DNA of 64,000 bases from Isurus oxyrinchus (GCA_026770705.1 JANJGN010000016.1:87048001-87112000); one strand, 5' to 3'; shown: positions 11,401 to 26,400, counted from the first letter of the stretch. The notes: a model not told the origin generated them from the sequence alone. Translations and numbers: made by a program.

Positions 11401-14400
11401 ATGATGTCGGGGCGGGGGGTTTGGTGGTGCCAGGTTTGAGGGGGTGGATGATGACTGGGGTAGGGGAGTGTTTGATGCCGGGGTTGGGATGGTGGGTGTT
11501 GCCGGGGTGGGGGAATAGGTGATGCTGGGGGTGGGGGGGGGGGGTGGGTGATGCCGGTAGTGAGGGGGCTGTGTGATGCCGGGGGTGGGGGGGTGGTTGA
11601 TGCCTGGGATGGGGGCCTGGTTGATTCTGGGGGTGCGGAGATGGGTACTGCCAGAGGTGGGAGTGTGGATGATGCCGGTGGTGGGGATTGGGTGATGCCG
11701 CGGGTGGGTATTGGCTGATACCGGGGGAGGGGGTGAGGGACCCATGGTTGGGGTTGGGTGATGCTGGGGGTGAAGGAGTGGGTAATGCCGGAGGTGGGGG
11801 TTTGGGTGATGTTGGTGGTGGCGGAATGGGTGATGCCGGGCGTGAAGTGGTGGTGATGCCGGTGTAGGGGGTGTGTGTGATGCTGGGAGTGGTGGTGGCG
11901 GTTTTGTGTGATGCCGGGCGTGGTGGGCTGCGTGATGCTGGGAGTGGATGATGCCAGTGTTGGCGGTGTGGGTTTTGCTGGGGGTGGGGTTGGTGGGTGT
12001 TGCCAAGGATTAGTGGGTGTGTAATGCCGGGGATGGGTGATGCCAGGGGTGGTGGCTGCATGATGCCGGGTGTAGGGTTGGTTGATGCCGGAGACGGGCG
12101 GGTGGATGATGGCGGGGGTGGGGGTGGGGTGTGGTGGATTATTTCGGGGGGGGCGGTAGAGGGTGGGTAATGCCGGGGCAGGGTGATAGCAGGGTTGGTG
12201 GTGTCGGTGTTGCTGGCGGTGAGGGGGTGGGTGATGCTGGGTGTGGGGGTGGTGGGTGTTGCCAAGGATTATGGGGTGTGTAATGCCGGGGATGGGTGAT
12301 GCCAGGGGTGGTGGCTGCATGATGCCGGGTGTGGGGTTGGTTGATGCCGGAGATGGGCGGGTGGATGATGGCGGGGGTGGGGTGGGGTGTGGTGGATTAT
12401 TTCGGGGGGGGCGGTAGAGGGTGGGTAATGCTGGGGCAGGGTGGTAGCAGGTTTGGTGGTGTCGGTGTTGCTGGCGGTGAGGGGGTGGGTGATGCCGGGT
12501 GTGGGGTTGGTGGGTGATGCTGGGGGTGGGTGTTGGCAGGGTTGGAGGGATGGGTGATGATGGGTGTGGGTGGGTGTGGGTGGATGACCCCGTGAGTGGG
12601 GGTGTGTGTGATGCCGGGGAGGTGGGGTGTTGGGTGAAGCCAGGGGTTGGGAGTTGTGTGATGCCGGAGGTGGGTGATGCTGGGCAATGGGTAATGGCGA
12701 GGGTGAGAGGGTGGGTGATGCCGGTGGAGGGGGATGTGGGTGATGCTGTGGGTGGAGGGGGGTTGGTGGTGATGCCAGGAGTGAGTGGGTGGTGATATCG
12801 GGGGTGGTTGGGTGGGTGATGCCGAGGGTGGTTGGTGTTGATGCTGGGGTTGAGGTTGTGGGTGATGCCGGGGTTGGTGGTGGGAGTTGTGGGTGATGCC
12901 GGGGATGGTGGTGTGGGTGATGCCGGGGTGGGGGGGTTGGTGATGCCGGGGTTGAGAGTGGGGGTTGTGGGTGATGCCGGGGGTGATGGGGTGGGTGATG
13001 CCGGGAATGGGGGATTGGGTGATTCCAATGTTGGGGGTGTGGGTGTTGCTGGGGGTGAGGGGGTGTGTGATGACAGGGGTGGGGGTGATAGTTGATGCCG
13101 GGGGTAGGGGTCTGTGTGCTGCCGGTGGTGGGTGATGCCGCGGTTGAGGGTTGGGTGATGCTGGGGATGGGGGGGAGTGGGTGATGTGGGAGTCGGGGAG
13201 TGGGTGATGCCGGTGGGGTGTTTGGTGAAGCCAGGTGTGAGAATGTGCATGATATTAGGGTGGTGAAGGGTGTTGCCTGGGGTGGAGGGGGTGGGTGATG
13301 CTGGGGGTGGGGAATGCCGGGGGTTGGGGGGGGTTAGTGATGCCAGAGTTGGGTGGGTGGGTGATGCCGGGGGTGGGGGGGAGTGGTGAATCTGGGTATG
13401 GGGGAGTGGATAATGCCGGTGGTGAGGGGATGGATGATGCCCGGGTTTGGGGGGGTTAGTGATTCCGGGGCTGGGGCAATGCTTCATGGCATGGGTGTGG
13501 TTTGGATGCTTCCGGCGGTGGGGGGGGGCGGTGCGGGTGATGCTGGGGTTGGGGGGTGTGGTGATGTCGATGGTGATGGGATGGTGATGCCAGGTAAGGG
13601 GGGGTGGGTAATGTCGGGGGTGGGTGATGGCAGGGTTGGGGGGGATGTGTGATGCTAGGGGTGGGGGTGGGGTGGATGACGCCAGGAGTGGGGGGTTGGG
13701 TGATGCCGGGGGTTGGGATGTTGGGTGAAGCCAGGGGTGACGGGGTGTGTGATGCTAGGGGTGGTGGTAGTTGCTGTTGCCAGGGGTGGGGGTGTGGGCG
13801 ATGCCGGGGGGAGGTGATGCCGGGGATTGGGGAGGTTGGTGATGTCGGGGGTGTGGGGATGAGTCATGACTGTGCGTGGGGGGGTGGGTGATGCCGGCGG
13901 TGGGGGGTTGGGTGATGCCAGCGGTGGTGTGGGGGGGGTTATAGTGTCGGGGGTGAGAGGTTGGGTGATGCCGCGGGTGGGGGTTGGTTGATGCCTGGGG
14001 TGAGGAGGTGGGTGATGCCAGGGATGGTAGAGTGGGTGATTCTGGGAGTGAGAAGGTGGGTGATGCCGGGCTGGAGGTTTGAGTGATGCCGGGGATGGGT
14101 GTGTGTGCGATGCCAGGGGGAGGTGATGCCAGGGATTGGGGAGGTTGGTGATGTCGGGGGTGGGGCGATGAGTCATGTCTGTGCGTGGGGGGGTGGGTGA
14201 TGCCGGCGGTGGGGGGGTTGGGTGATGCCAGCGGTGGGGTGGGGGGGGGGTTATAGTGTCGGGGGTGAGAGGTTGGGTGATGCTGCGGGTGGGGGTTGGG
14301 TGATGCCTGGGGTGAGGAGGTGGGTGATGCCAGGGATGGTAGGGTGGGCGATTCCGTGAGTGAGAGGTTGGGTGATGCCGGGCTGGAGGTTTGAGTGATG

Positions 14401-17400
14401 CCAGGGTTGAGGGTGTGGGTGATGCCGGGGTTGGGGTTGTGGGTGGTGCTAAGGGTGGGGATGTGGTGATGCCGGGGTTGGGGGTGGCTGTTGTGGGTGA
14501 TGCCGGGGGTGGTGGGGTGAGTGATGCCGGGATTGGGAGCTGGTTGTTGCCATGGGATAGGAGGTGTGTAATGCCGGGGATGGGGGATGCCAGGGGTGGG
14601 GGCTGCGTGATGACGGGTATGTGGTTGGTTGATGCAGAAGATGAGCGGTTGGATGGTGGCGGATGTGGGGTGCGGTGGATGATTCTGGGGGGCGGTAGGG
14701 GGTGGGTAATGCCGGGGCAGGGTGCTTGCAGGGTTGGTGGTGTCGGTGTTGCAGGCGGTGAGGGGGTGGTTGATGCTGGGTGTGGGGGTGGTGGGTGATG
14801 CCCGGAGTGGGTGTTGGCAGGGTTGGAGGGGTGGGTGATGATGGGTTTGGGTGGGGGGGTGGATGACACGGGGAGTGGGGGAGCACGTGATGCCGGGGAG
14901 GTGGGGTGTTGTGTGAAGCCTGGGGTTGGGGGGGTGTGTGATGCCGGGGGTGGCTGATGCCGGTGACTGGAGGGTTTGGTGATGCCTGGGGTGGGGTGAT
15001 GGGTAATGGCGAGGGTGGAGAGGTGGGTGATGCTGGTGGTGGGGGACGTGGGTGATGCCGGGGGTGGAGGGGTGTGATGCCGGGGGTGAGGGGGTGGGTG
15101 ATGCCGAGGTTGCAGGTGTGGGCCATGCCGGGGAAGGGGGGGGATGGTGATGCCAGGGTTGGTGGTGTGGGTGATGCCGTGGGTGGGGAGTTTGGTGATG
15201 CCAGGGTGTGGGTGGGGGTTGTTGGTGATGCCCGAAGTGGTGGGGTGGATGGGTGATGCCGGAGTTGGGGGCTGGTTGGGTGATGCCGGGGTTGGTGGTT
15301 TTGGTGATGCCAAGGGTGTGGGTGTTGGTGATGCCGGGGTTGAGGGTGGGGTTCTGGATGATGCCGAGGGTGTTGGGGTGGGTGATGCCGGGAGTGGGGG
15401 GTTAGGTGATTCCAATGTTGGGGCTGTGGGTGTTGCTGAAGGTGAGTGGGTGTGTGATGCCGGGGGTAGGGGGGTTGTGTGAGGCCGGGGGTGTGTGATG
15501 CCACGGTTGAGTGGTGGGTGATGCGGGAGTAGGGGAGGGAGTGATGTCGGTGGTGTGTTTGGTGAAGCCAGGGGTGAGGAGGTGTGTGCTATTTGGGGTG
15601 GGGGTGGTGGGTGTTGCCTGGGGTGGGGGGCTGGGTGATGCTGGGGGTGGCTGATGCCAGGGGTGGGGGGGTTTGGTGATGCCAGAGTTGGTGGGGTGGG
15701 TGATGCAGGGGTGGGGGGAGTGGGTATGGAGGGGTGGATAATGCCGGTGGTGAGGGGATGGATGTAGCCGGGGTTTGGGGCGGTTAGTGATTCCGGGGGT
15801 GGGGCGATGGTTCATGCCATGGGTGGGGGTTGGGTGCTTCCGGCGGTGGGGGTTGGAATGCGGGTGATGCTGGGGTTGGGGGGGGTGGTGATGTCGATGG
15901 TGATGGGATGGGTGATGCCAGGTATGAGGGGGTGGGTAATGTCGGGTGTGGCGGGAGTGGTGATGCTGGGTATGGGGGGGGTGGATAATGCCGGTGGTGA
16001 GGGGGTGGGTGATGCCGGGGGTTGGGGGGGTTAGTGATTCAGGGGGTAGGGCGATGGTTCATGCCATGGGTGGGGGAGTGGGTGATTCCGTTGGTGGGGG
16101 GGCAGGTGATGCCGGGGTTGGGGGGGGTGGTGCAGTCGTGGGTGCGATGGTGGGTGATGTCGTGGGTGGGGGGGGTTGATGCCTGGGGTTGGAGTGGGGC
16201 GCTGATGCCGAGGATGATTGGGTGGGTGATGCCCGGTATGGGGTGTGGGTAATGTCGGGGGTGGGTGATGGCAGAATTGGGAGTGCTGGGTGATGCTGGG
16301 GGTGGGGGTGGGGTGGATGACGCCGGGACTGGGGGGGTGGGTGATGCCGGGGGTTGGGATGTTGGGTGAAGCCAGGGGTGATGGGTGTGTGATGCTGGGG
16401 GTGGTGGTAATTGCTGTTGCCTGGGGTGGTGGTGTGGGCGATGCCGGGGGTGGGTGATGCCGGGGATTGGGGATGCTGGTGATGCCGGGGGTGGGGCGAT
16501 GGGTCATGCCTGTGCGTGGGGGTGTTGGGTGATGCCAGCGGTGGTGGGGGGGGGGTCGTGGTGTCGGGGAAGAGAAGTTGGGTGATGGCTGGGGTGAGGA
16601 GGTGAGTGATGCCAGGGATGGTAGGATGGGTGATTCTGGGAGTGAGAGGGTGGGTGATGCCGGGCTGGAGGTTTGAGTGATGCCGGGGTTGAGGGTGTGG
16701 GTGATGCCGGGGGTGGGGTTGTGGGTGGTGCTAGGGGTGGGGATGTGGTGATGGCGGGGTTGGGGGTGGGTGTTGTGGGTGATGCCGGGGGTGGTGGGGT
16801 GTGTGATGCCGGGGTTGGGGGGGGGTGGGTGATGCCGGGGTTAGGGGGTATGTAATGCCGGGGGTGGGTGATTCCAGGGTTGGGAGCTGGGTGATGCCGG
16901 GTGTAGGTGGGTGGTTGATGCCGGGAATTGGGGGGGGGTGCATGGTGGCACTTTGGTTTGGGGGAATGGTGCCGGGGATGCGGCGGTGGGGGATGCCGGG
17001 TGTAGCATGATGGGTGATGCCGGAGGTAGGGGATGGGGTGTGATGCAGGAGGTAGGGGGTGGGTAATGCCGGGGGTGGGTGATGCCATGGGTGGGGGCTG
17101 CATGATTACGGGTCTGGGGTTGGTTGATGCCGGAGATGGGCGGGTGGATGGTGGCATGTGTGGGGTGGGGTGGATGATTCCGGGGGGCGGTAGGGGCTGG
17201 GTAATGGCGGGGCAGGGTGATGGCAGGGTTGGTGGTGTCGGTGTTGCTGGCGGTGAGGGAGTGGGTGATGCTAGTTGTGGGGGTGGTGGGTGATGCCGGG
17301 AGTGGTTGTTGGCAGGGTTGGAGGGGTGGGTGATGATGGGTGTGGGTGGGTGGATGGGTGACACGGGGAGTGGGTGTGCGTATGATGCTGGGGAGGTGGG

Positions 17401-20400
17401 GTGTTGTGTGAAGCCAGGAGCCAGGGGTTGTGGGGGTGTGTGATGCCGGGGGTGGGTGATGCCGGTGACTGGAGGGTTTGGTGATGCCGGTTGTTGGTGA
17501 TGCTGGTGGTGGGGGGGTGGGTGATGCTGGGGGTGGCTGATGCCGGGGGTTGGGGGTGTTGGTGATGCCAGAGTTGGTGGGGTGTGTGATGCCGGGGGAG
17601 GCGGGAGTGGTGATGCTGTGTATGGGGGTGTGGGTAATGCCGGTGGTGAGGGGGTGGGTGATGCCAGGGGTTGGGGGGGTTAGTGATTCAGGGGATAGGG
17701 CGATGGTTCATGCCATGGGTGGGGGAGTGAGTGATTCCGTTGGTGGGGGGGGCGGGTGATGCCGGGGTTGGGGGGGGTGGTGATGTCGTGGGTGAGATGG
17801 TGGGTGATGCCGTGGGTGTGGGAGGGGTTGATGCATGGGGTTGGAGTGGGGCGCTGATGCCAAGGAAGATTGGGTGGGTGATGCCTGGTATGGGGGTTTG
17901 GGTAATGTCGGGGGTGGGTGATGCCGGGAGTGGGGGGTTGGATGATTCCAATATTGGGGGTGTGGGTGTTGCTGGGGGTGAGTGGGTGTGTGATGCCAGG
18001 GCTAGGGGGGTTGTGTGAGGCCGGGGGTGTGTGATGCCATGGTTGAGTGGTGGGTGATGCGGGAGTGGGAGAGTGAGTGATGCCGGTGGTGTGTTTGGTG
18101 AAGCCAGGGGTGAGGAGGTGTGTGATATTTGGGGTGGAAGTGGTGGGTGTTGCCTGGGGTCGGGGGCTGGGTGATGCTGGGGGTGGCTGATGCCAGGGGT
18201 TGGGGGTTTTGATGATGCCAGAGTGGGTGCGTGGGTGATGCCAGGTATGGGGGGGTTCGTAATGTCGGGGGTGAGGGGAGTGGTGATGTTGTGTATGGGG
18301 GAGGTGGGTAATGCCGGTGGTGAGGGGGTGGGTGATGCCGGGGGTTGGGGGGGTTAGTGATTCTGGGGGAGGGGCAATAGTTCATGCCATGGGTGGGGGG
18401 GTGGCTTATTCCGTTCGTGGGGGGGCGGGTGATGCCGGGGTTGGGGGGGGTGGTGATGTCATGGGTGAGATGGTGGGTGATGCCGTGGGTGGGGGGGGGT
18501 TGATGCCTGGGGTAGGAGTGGGGCGCTGATGCTGAAGATGATTGGGTGGGTGATGCCTGGTATGGGGGTTTGGGTAATGTCGGGGGTGGGTCATGGCAGG
18601 ATTGGGGCGGCTGGGTGATGCTGGGGGGGTGGGCGTGGGGTGGATGACGCCGGGAGTGGGAGGGGGTGGGTGATGCCGGGGTGATGGTCGTGGGTGATGC
18701 CTGGGGTAGGGGGTGGGTGATGCGGGGGGGTGGGATGGTGGGTCCATGCCGAGGTTGGGGGAATAGGTGATGCCAAGTTTGTGGACGTGGGTGACGCCTG
18801 AGTTAGTGGGTGGGTGATGCCGGTGGTTGGGGGGGGGTGGTTGATGCCTGGGATGGGGGCCTGTGTGATGCTGGGGGTCGGGGAGTGAGTAATGCCAAAG
18901 GTCGGGGTGTTGATGATGCCGGGGTTGGGGGTTGGGTGATACGGGGGGTGGGGGAGTGGGTAATGCCAAAGGTGGGGGAGTTGGTAATGCTGGTGCTGGG
19001 TGTTGGCTGATGCCGTGGGTGGGGTTGGCAGATGCCAGGGGTCGGGTGGTGGGTGATACCGCGCATGGCGGTTGGCTGATGCTGGGGGTGGGGGATGAGG
19101 GCCCATGGATGGGGGGGTTGGTGGATGCTGGGTGTGAGGGAGTGGGTAATGCCGGAGGTGGTGGTTCTGGCTGATGCCGGGGTTGGGGGAGTGGGTGATG
19201 CCGGGGTAGGGGGTTTTGGGTGATGCTGGGGGTGGTTGATGCCAGTGTTTGCGGTGTAGGTGTTGCTGGGGGTGAGGGGGCAGGTGATACCGGGGTTGGG
19301 GGTGGGGGTGTGGGTGATGCCGGTGGTTCGTGGGGGTGGGTGATGCCATTGTTGAGGGAGTGGAAGATTCCGGGTGTGGGGGTTGGTTGATGCCGGGGAT
19401 GGGGTGTGGGTGATGTCAGGGGTGTGGGTTGGGTGATTCCAGGTGAGGGAAGGTGGGTGATGCCGTAGGTGGGTGATGCTGGGGGTGGAGGAATAGGTGA
19501 TGTCGGGGCAGGGGGTTTGGTGGTGCCGGGGGTGAGGTGGTGGATGATGCCAGGGGTAGGGGAGTGTTTGATGCCGGGGTTGGAATGGTGGGTGATGCCA
19601 GGGTGGGGGAATAGGTGATGCTGGGGGTGGGGGGGGTGGTGGATAATGCAGGTGGTGAGGGGGTGTGTGATGCCGGGATTGTGGGCGTGGGTGACGCCTG
19701 GGGTAGTGGGTGGGTGATGCTGGGGGTAGGGGGGTGGTTGATGCCTGGGCTGGGGGCCTGGTTGATGCTGGGGGTGCGGATGTGGGTACTGCCAGAGGTG
19801 GGAGTGTGGATGATGCCGGTGGTGGGTGTTGGGTGAGGGATGCATGGTTGGGGTTGGGTGATGCTGGGGGTCAAGGAGTGGGTAATGCCGGAGGTGGGGG
19901 TTTGGGTGATGTCGGTGTTGGCGGAGTGGGTGATGCCGGACGTGAAGGGGTGGTGATGCCGGTGTAGGGGGTGTGTGTGATGCTGGGAGTGGTGGTGGCG
20001 GTTTTGGGTGATGCCAGGGCTGACGGGGTGGGTGATGCCGGGGATAAGGGGGTGGGTGATGCATGGGGTAGGAGGGTGGATGATGCCGGGGGTGGAGGAG
20101 TTGGGTGATGCCGGGGATGGGAGGGTGGGAGATGCCGGGTTTGTGGGCATGGGTGATGCCTGGGGAAGTGGGCTGGGTGATGCCGGGGATTGGATGGTGG
20201 GTGATGTCGGGGGTGATGCCGGGGTGGGTGATGCCGGAGATGGGGGGCTGGGTGATGCCGGGGGTGGGGGAGTGGGTAATGCCAGAGGTGGGGGTGCGGG
20301 TGATGCCGGTGGTTGGGGTTGGGTGATGTCGGTGAAGTGGGTCTGGATAATGGCATGGGTGGGGGGGGGCTAGGTGATGCTAGGGGTGGGGGGGTGATTG

Positions 20401-23400
20401 GTGATGCCGGGAGTGGGGCAGTGGGTGAAGCCAAGGGGGTGGGCTGTTTGGTGAAGCCAGTGGTGAGGATGTGTGTGATGATTGGGGGTGGGGATGGGGG
20501 GTGTTACCTGGGGTGGGGGGGTTGGTGATTCCAGAGATGGGGGGCAGGGTGATGCCGGGGATGGGGGAGTGGGTGATGCCGGGGTTGAGGGGGTGGGTGA
20601 TGCCCGGGGTGGATGGGTTGGGTGATGCCGGGGGTGGGAGGGTGGGTGATGTCGGGTTTGTGGGCATGGGTGATTCCTGGAGTGGGGGGTGTGGATGATG
20701 CCTGTGTTGAGTGTGTGGGTAATGCTGGGGGTCGGGGGTGGTGGGTGATACCAGGGGATTGGGCCTGGATAATGCTGTGTTTGGGGGGCTAGGTAATGCC
20801 GTGGGTGAGGCTCTAGGTGTTGCCGGGGTTGGGAGGGTGTTTGATGCCGGGGATGGGGGGCTGGGTGATGTCGGATGTGGGGCGGGGTGGTGGGTGATGC
20901 CGGCGGTGAGGGGGGTGAGTGATGCTGGTGTTGTGGGCATGGGTGATGCCTGTGTTAGGGTGGTGGGTGATGCCGGGGATGGTATGGTGGGTGATGATCA
21001 GGGTGGGGGAATAGGTGATGCGGTGGGTGGGGGGGTGGGTGATGGTGGGGGTGAGGGGGTGAGTGATGCCGGGGGTAGGGGGTGGTTGAAGCCAGGTGTT
21101 GGGGGTGTTTTTGATGCCGGGGATTGGGGGCTGGGTGATGCCGGGGTTGGCGGAGCGGGTAATGCCAGAGGTGGGGGTATGGGTGATGCCATTGGTTGGG
21201 GTTGAGTGATGCCGGGGGAGGGGGTCTGGATAATGCCATGGGTGGGGGGCTAGATGATGCCGGGATTGGGGGCTGGTGATGCCGGGGTTGGGGGGGGGGG
21301 GGGGGGGTGATGCCGGGAGTGGGGTGTGTGGATGATGCTGGTGGGGTGGGGTGTTTGGTGTAGCCAGTGGTGAGGTGTGTGATGTTGTGGGTGGGGGTGG
21401 TGGGTGTCGCCTGGGGTTGGGGTTGGATGATGCTGGGGGTGGGTGATGCCATTGTTAGGGGGGGTTGGTGATGCCAGAGGTGGGGCGGTGGGCGATGCCG
21501 GGGTTGGGGGTATTGGTGATGGCGGGTATGGGGGATGTGGGTAATGCCGGTGCTGTGTGGTTGGCTGATGCTGGGGGTGTAGGCGTGGGTGATGCCGGGG
21601 GTGGTGGGGTGTATGATACCGGGGTTGATGGGGTGGGTGATACCAAGTATGGGGGTAGTGAGTAATGTTGGTGGTGGGTGAAGGCAGGGTTGGGGGTGAG
21701 GGTGTTGCTGGCAGTGAAGGGGTGGGTGATGCTGGGGCCAGGGGTGGTGGGTGATGCCGGGGATGAGGGGTTGGGTGCTGCCGTGTTTGAAGATGTGGTT
21801 GATGCCAGGGGTGAGGGGGTGATTGATACCATGGCTGGTAGGGTGTGTGATTCTGGGTGTGAAGGGGTGGGTGATGCTGGGCTGGGGGTTTGAGTGATGC
21901 TGGTGGTGAGGGTGTGGGTGATGCTGGGGGTGTGGGTGTGGGTGTTGACGGGGTTCGGGGGTGTGGTGGTGTCGGAGGTGAGATGCCGGGGGTGGAGGTG
22001 TTGGATGATGCTGGGCATGGGGAGGTGCGTGATGCCGGGGTAGTGGGCATGGGTGATGCCTGGGGTAAGGGGGTGGGTGATGCCAGGGATGTGTTGGTGG
22101 TTGATGCCGGGGCTGGGGGAATAGGTGATGCTGCGGGTGGGCGGTGGGGGCGCGGGTGGGTGATGCCGGGGGTGGATGGGTGGTTGATGTTGGGGATGGG
22201 GGTGGTAGGGTAATGCCAGGGGTAAGGGTGGGGTGATGCCGGGGATAAGGGGATGGGTAATGCATGGGGGAGGGGGGTGGATGATGCCGGGGTTGGGGAG
22301 GTGAGTGATGCCAGGAGTGGGGAGGTGGGTGATGCCGGGGGTGACGTGATGTCTGATGCCGGGGTTGAGGGGTTGGTTGATGCCGGGGGTGGAGGTTTTG
22401 GATGATGCCGGGCATGGGGAGGTGGGTGATGCCGGGGTTGTGGATATGGGTGATGCCTGAGGTAAGGGGCTGGGTGATGCTGGGGCTGGGGGAATAGGTG
22501 ATGCCGGGGGTGGGGGGGGTGCGGGTGTGTGATGCCGGGGGTGAGGGGGTGAGTGATGCCTGTGTTGTGGACGTGGGTGAATCCTGGGGAAGGGGGGTGG
22601 GTGATGCCGGGGATGTGATGGTGGGTGATGCCGGGGCTGGGGGAAAAGGTGATGCCGGGAGTGGGGGGGTGGTTGATGCCGGGGGTGAGGGTGTGGATGG
22701 GTGATGCTGGTGGTGGGGCGGGGTGCAGTGGTTGATGCCGGGAATGGGGGGGACCGGTGATGCTGGGCGTGGAGGTGGTGGGTGATGCCGGGTGTGGGTG
22801 AGTGGGTGATGCCGGGGTTGTGGGCATGGGTGATGCCTGGGTTAGGGGGTGAGTGATGCCGGGGATGGGATGGTGGGTGATGCCGAGGGTGAGGGAATAG
22901 GTGATGCCGGGGTTGAGGGGGTTTTAGATGCCGGGGGTAGGGGGTGGTTGAAGCCGGGTGTTGGGGGGTTTTTGATGCCGGGGATTGGGGGCTGGGTGAT
23001 GCCGGGGTTGGGGGAGTGGGTAATGCCAGAGGTGGGGGTATGGGTGATGCCATTGGTTGGGTTTGGGTGATGCCGGGGGAGGGGGCCTGGATAATGCTGT
23101 GGGTGGGGGGCTAGATGATGCCGGGTGTGGGGGCTGGTTGATGCCGGGGGTGGGGGAGAGAGTGATGCCGGGAGTGGAGTGTGTGGGTGATGCCAGTGTT
23201 GGGGGTGTGGGTGATTCTGGGGGGGGGGTGAGGTGGTGGGTGATGCCAGGAGTGGGGGAGTGGGTGATGCTGGTGGCGTGGGGTGTTTGGTGTAGCCAGT
23301 GGTGAGGAGGTGTGTGATGTTGTGGGTGGGGGTGGTGGGTGTCGCCTGGGGCCTGTGTTTCATGCCGGGGATGGGGCTGTGTGTGATGCCGGGGGTGGAG

Positions 23401-26400
23401 GTGGTGGTTGGTGCCGGGTTTGGGTGTGTGGGTGATGCCGGGTGTGGGGGTGGGGGTGTGGATGATGCTGGTGGTTCAGGGGCTGGGTGATGCCGGGGGT
23501 GGGCAAGTGGGTGGTGCCGGGGTTGGATGGGTGGTTGATGTCGGGGATGGGGGTGGTTGGGTAATGCCAGGGGTAAAGGTGGGGTGATGCCGGGGTTAAG
23601 AGTGTGGGATGCAAGGGGTGGGGAGGTGGGTGATGCCGGGGGGTGACGTGATGTCTGATGCCGGGGTTGAGGGGGTGGGTGATGCCTGGGGTGGAGGGGT
23701 TGGATGATGCCTGGGGTAAGGGGGTGGGTAATGCCAGGGATGTGATGGTGGGTGATGCCGGGGTTGGGGGAATAGGTGATGCCGGGGATGGGGGGGGGGG
23801 TGGGTGATGCCGGTGGTGAGGGGGTGAGTGATGCTGGTGTTGTGGGCATGGGTGATGCCTGTGTTAGGATGGTGGGTGATGCCGGGGATGGGATGGTGGG
23901 TGATGACGAGGGTTGGGGGTGAGGGTGTTGTTGGCAGTGAAGGGGTGGGTGATGCTGGGGCCAGGGGTGGTGGGTGATGCCGGCGATGAGGGGTTGGGTG
24001 CTGCCGAAGTTGAAGAGGTGGGTGATGCCAGGGGTGGTGGGGTGTGTGATGCCAGGGGTGACGGGGTGATTGATACCATGGCTGGTAGGGTGTGTGATTC
24101 TGGGTGTGAAGGGGTGGGTGATGCCGGGCTGGGGGTTTGAGTGATGCTGGTGGTGAGGGTGTGGGTGATGCTGGGGGTGTGGGTGTGGGTGTTGACGGGG
24201 TTGGGGGCTGTGGTTGTGTCGGAGGTGAGAGGGTGGGTGATTCTTGTGGTGTGGGTGTGTTATGTCGTGGGTGAGGGTGTGGGTGATGCCGGGTTTTGGA
24301 GTGGGGGGGGGGTGATGCCAGCGGTGAGGGGATGTGTGTTGCCGGGTATGGGGGGGTGGGTATTGTCAGTGGTGCGGGGTTGGGTGCTGCCAGCAGTGAA
24401 GTATTGGGTGATGCCGGGGTTGGTGGTGTGTGTGATTCCGGGAGTGAGGGGCTGGGTGATGCCGGGCTGGGGGTTTGAGTGATGCCGGTGGTGAGGGTGT
24501 GGGTGATGCCGGGGGTGAGGATGTGGGTGGTGTTGGGGGTGCGAGGGTGGGTGATACCGGGGGTGGGGGTGATAGGTGATGCCGGAGTTCGGGTCGTTGG
24601 GTGATGCCGGGGGTGAGAGGGTGGGTGATGCTGGGGGTGAGAGAGTGGGTGATGCCGGGAGTGGGGGAGTTGGTGATACCGGTGGGGTGCGGTGTTTGGT
24701 GAAGCCAGGGGTGAGGAGGTGTGTGATGTTGGGGGTGGGGGTGGGGGTGGTGGGTGATGCCGGTGGTGGTGGGGTGGGTGACACCGGGATTGGGGGTGTG
24801 GTTGATGCCAATATTGGGGGTGTAGTGGTTGCTGGGACTGAGGCCGGGGTTGGGGGTGATAGGTGATGCCTGGGGTGGGGGGGTGGGGGATGCCGGTGTT
24901 CGGCAATGCCACGGTTGGGTGTTGGGTGATGCTGGGGGTGGGTTAGTGGGTGTTGCCGGGAGTGGGGGAGTTGGTGATGCCGGGAGTGGGGTGTGTGGGT
25001 GATGCCAGTTTTGGGGGTGTGGGTGATGCTGGGGGTGGGGGGTGGTGGGTGATGCCGGGAGTGGTGGAGTGGGTGATGCCGGTGGGGTGGGGTGTTTGGT
25101 GAAGCCAGTGGTGACGAGTTGTGTGATGTCGGGGGTGAGGGTGTGGGTGATGCCGGGTGTGGCAGGAGTGGTGATGGCGTATATGGGGGGTGGGTAACGC
25201 AGGTGGTGAGGGGTGGGGTGATCCTGGGATTATGGCGGTGGGGTGTGTGATGCCGAGGTTGAGGGGGTGAGTGATGCCGTGGGTGGGTGGGTGGGTGGGT
25301 GGGTGATGCCGGGAGTGAGTGTTTGTGTGATGCCGGTGTGGGGGTTTGGTAGGGTGATGCTGGGGGTGGGGGGGAGAGTGGTTGATGCCTGGGATGGGGG
25401 TGTGGGTGATGCCGTGTGTGAGGGTGTGGGTATGGCTGATGTTGGTGGTTCGGGGGGTGGGTGATGCCGGGGGTGGTCAAGTGTGTGGTGCCGGGGTTGG
25501 ATGGGTGGTTGATGTCGAGGACAGGGGGTGGCGGTTGGGTGATGCCAGAGGTGAGGGTGGGGTGATGCCGGAGGTAAGGGGGTGGGTGAGGCTGAGGTTG
25601 GGGTGGTAAGTGAGGCCAGGCGTGGGGGGGTGGGTGGTGCCGGGGGTGACATGATGTGTGATGCCGGGGGTGAGGGGTGGGAGGTGATGCTTGGGGTGAG
25701 GATGTGTGTGATGCCGGGTATGGGTAATGTCAGGGGTGTGGGGTTGGGTGCTGATGGGGGTGGTGGGGTGTGTGATGCCGGGGGTGAGGGGGTGGGTGAT
25801 GACATGGGTGGTAGGCTGGGTGATTCTGGGAGTGAGGGGGTGGGTGATGCCGGCCTGGGGGTTTGAGTGATTCCGGTGGTGAGGGTGAGGGTGATGCCGG
25901 GGGTGAGGGGTGGAGGGTGATGCCGGGAGTGGGGGAGTGGGTGATGCTGGGGGTGGGTGATGCCGTTGTTTGCTGATGCCAGAGGTGGGCGGGTGTGCAA
26001 TGCCGGGGGTGGTGGTAGTGGTGATGGCAGGTATGGGGGAGTGGGTAATGCCGGTATTGTGTGGTTGGATGATGCTGGTTGTATAGGTGTGGATGATGCC
26101 GGGGTTGGGGGGAGTGGTGATGGTGGGTATGGGTGAGTAGGTAATGCCGGTGTTGTGCGGTTGGGTGATGCTGTGGGTATAGGTATGGATGATGCCGGGG
26201 GTGGTGGGGTGTGTGATGCCGGCGTTGATGGGGTGGGTGATAGCAAGTATGGGGGCATGGGTAATGTCAGGTTGTGAGGGTGTTGCTGGCAGTGAAGGGG
26301 TGGGTGATGCTGGGGCCGGGGGTGGTGGGTGCTGCCGGGGATGAGGGCTTGCTTTGCTGCCAGGATTGAAGGGGTGGGTGATGCCAGGGGTGGTGGGGAG

